This document shows, one piece after another, positions 61,801-64,000 of a stretch of DNA of 64,000 nt. The DNA comes from Dimorphilus gyrociliatus (taxonomy: Eukaryota; Animalia; Annelida): assembly GCA_904063045.1 (NCBI GenBank), contig CAJFCJ010000056.1, positions 6,110 through 70,109 on the forward strand, in the 5' to 3' direction. The position numbers were made by a program, and so were the translations under genes. Position 1 is the first letter of the stretch; each line of letters begins with the position of its first letter. Below the pieces are notes generated by a model, which ran no database searches, was not told the DNA's origin, and was given only the letters and a program-made list of their open reading frames with translations.

Positions 61801-64000
61801 CACAGTTTTATACTCACTCAAACAGCAAACCAGTAAAGAAATTGCAAATCTTCTTTTCAACAGATTCTTTCCCATTTTTGGAATTCCAAAACAAATGTTG
61901 ACAGATCAAGGAAGAAACTTTGTTGGTAAAGCTTTCCAAGAGTTTATGGAGGTATTAGGTATTGAGAAAATCCAAACAACAGCTTATAGAAGCCAGAGCA
62001 ATGGACTAGTTGAATGAAGAAATAGAGAGGTGAGGAAGGAAATCAATAAATTAGTGGTGGAAGAAAATCAGCATAACTGGGTTGCAAACCTACCCTTGAT
62101 TCAAGCATTTTTGAATCAATCACCTGTAGGAAGTACAAGACTACCACCCCAGGAACTTCTTTTTGGCACCAGCACAAGAACACTGATTGATGTAACAATG
62201 CATACTACCTCTCCTGAAACAAATGTACTATTTGTATTCAATCACCAGCAGCAATTGGTACAGTTAAGAGCTACAGCCTTCTGTAAATCCATCATGGCAA
62301 AAGAACAATATAGGGAAAGAAAGAATAGAAATCTCAATCTTCCAAAATATTTTGAGGTTGATGATGAAGTATTCTTAAGAAATGATGGTGCAAGAATTGC
62401 AATAACAAAAATCCCTTCTTTAAAATGGTTAGGCCCATACCGAATAACAAAAGTCAATCATCAAAAGTGGATATATGAAATACAAATGGATGATAATACA
62501 TGCAAGTTGGTACATGGTAGCAGATTAAGACTAGCCAATGAATCTAATATGTTGGAAACAGGGAAAGAAGCAACAACAATCTTTCACCTTGTGGAGAAGG
62601 AAATAACACACCTCCAATATCTTTCTCAGGTAGAAGGAAGAAATGACTTCCAATTCCGTTTGAAGAATCAAACAGGCCAAGAAGTCATTGCCTTGTGTGA
62701 CACAGGAGCATTGAGATCCTTTATTACTGAAAAAGAAATCAAGTTAATGGATGTTACAATTATGGATAAAGAAACAATTGGCTTACCAATTATAACTTCA
62801 GCTGATGGGAAAGCTTTAAAGCAAAAAGGAAGCATAAAGCTGAATATCCAATTTGCTGGAGAAAGTATGGAACAAGAATTTATCGTTATGGAAAATCTAG
62901 ACATAGCAATAATACTTGGTTGTGATTTCCTACAAACTGTGGGAGCAAACCTCAATTTTGAAGCTAAACAGTGTTCTCTCAAATTTGATAGAAGGAAAGG
63001 GAACCTGGCTGAAAGAATAAGGCAACCTCAACTAAACAAAGTCACTATAGCCATGATGGGACAGCATGACTCTTCATCAGAAAGTTCAGATAGTGATGAC
63101 TCAGAGATGGAAGTTACTAATTCTGATACTGGTTATGACCAAGCAATACTTTCGAAACAGACAGTAATTACAGTCTCAATGAACCTTCAAGCTCATCTGA
63201 AAGTGATGACACAGAAACAAATAATGAACTGGATCAAAATACAGATTCAGAGGCAAACATTATCTCTGATAGACAAGATGAAATACCTAGTTCAGACAAT
63301 GAGTCAATAATTATTGAAAGTGAAATTATTGATATAACCCATTCTGATAATGAGTCAACAATTATTGAAGGTGAAATTATTGACATAACCCATTCAGATA
63401 ATGAGTCCCTCATAGTGGTAGATTCATCCCAAGATGAGAAAGAAAATACAAGTGACACAGACAATGAGTCAGTCATATTTTTAGATGAGACTAAAATCAT
63501 CTCTGAACAATTAGATTCCCAACAAGAAGTGGAACCACAATATATAGAGTTAGAAGATGGAATAACTATCAGAGTGGAACAACAACACAAAATTTTCAAC
63601 CATTCAACTATAGCCAACACAGGAAGAGCTAACATGAAACAGATGTTGTGGCTTCCACTAGTGATGACTGTAATGGTGATCTGTGGCTGCATCCACTCAA
63701 TAACAGTTCCAAAACCATCCTACCAAGGTGCACATGTTACAAGTGCAAACATTACCTTAACATTTAAACCACCGTTATACTTTTGTTCTAACCAACTACC
63801 AAGCCAGGCATTTGATCTAGCAGATGAGCCAACTTGTAATATAGAATCACAAGAAACCAAGACAATTACAGCTGATATCTATGAATTGAACTTGGAAGAA
63901 ATTGAAACAAGAGCAGTAAAATGTCAAGTGTATCTAAGAACTAATTTTTACACTTACTATTTCTTTGGAGCAAAGAAGAGGAGAATTGTTACTCAGTTAT
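58840..64000 (+). mobile_element. Second copy of the env-bearing Gypsy element: 5'-truncated, inactivated, runs off the window end
   Basis: Closely matches 44740 down to 39570 in inverted orientation. One reading frame from Gag through PR2 is broken only by 5 nonsense codons (59867, 60284, 61064, 61763, 62015). YLDD is mutated to YLDN. After a 1-nt loss near 63140 the linker-Env frame is open to 64000. Confidence 0.95.

Noticed and set aside
1-64000. Prokaryotic or viral genome origin of the window
   Set aside because: Spliceosomal introns, LDLa-LRR GPCR, MULE, mariner, BEL and Gypsy elements all indicate an animal nuclear genome.

Overview
AT-rich eukaryotic (invertebrate-like) genomic DNA with very short GT-AG introns (about 48-85 bp) and a high density of transposons. 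Host genes: (i) three paralogous tiny RING-finger (IAP/MDM2-type C3HC4) genes, one of them also present as an inverted copy; (ii) three paralogous NodZ/FUT8-like GT-B fucosyltransferase genes in different states of decay; (iii) a spliced DNase I-like endonuclease with long N- and C-terminal extensions; (iv) an F5/8-C (discoidin) gene; (v) a KY/hillarin-like partial gene; (vi) a GRL101/RXFP-like LDLa-LRR GPCR lacking TM1-TM3; (vii) an HD-domain gene remnant. Mobile DNA: several Mutator-like (MULE) remnants with a PHD-like/FLYWCH N-terminus, a family of ~207-bp MITEs with 9-bp TSDs, two mariner fragments and an internally deleted BEL/Pao element. The main result is a young, full-length Ty3/Gypsy-type LTR element (36835-46150, minus) with a second, decayed copy (about 58840-64000, plus). 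Comparing the two copies indicates one continuous ~2,650-aa ORF: Gag - protease - RT - RNase H - integrase - a SECOND aspartic protease - acidic linker - signal peptide - class III (gB/chuvirus-like) envelope glycoprotein. The first ~6 kb is a near-perfect fold-back palindrome that may be an assembly artefact. Many single-base homopolymer frameshifts suggest uncorrected long-read errors, so pseudogene calls based on frameshifts alone are uncertain. All family assignments come from motif recognition by eye; no database searches were run.
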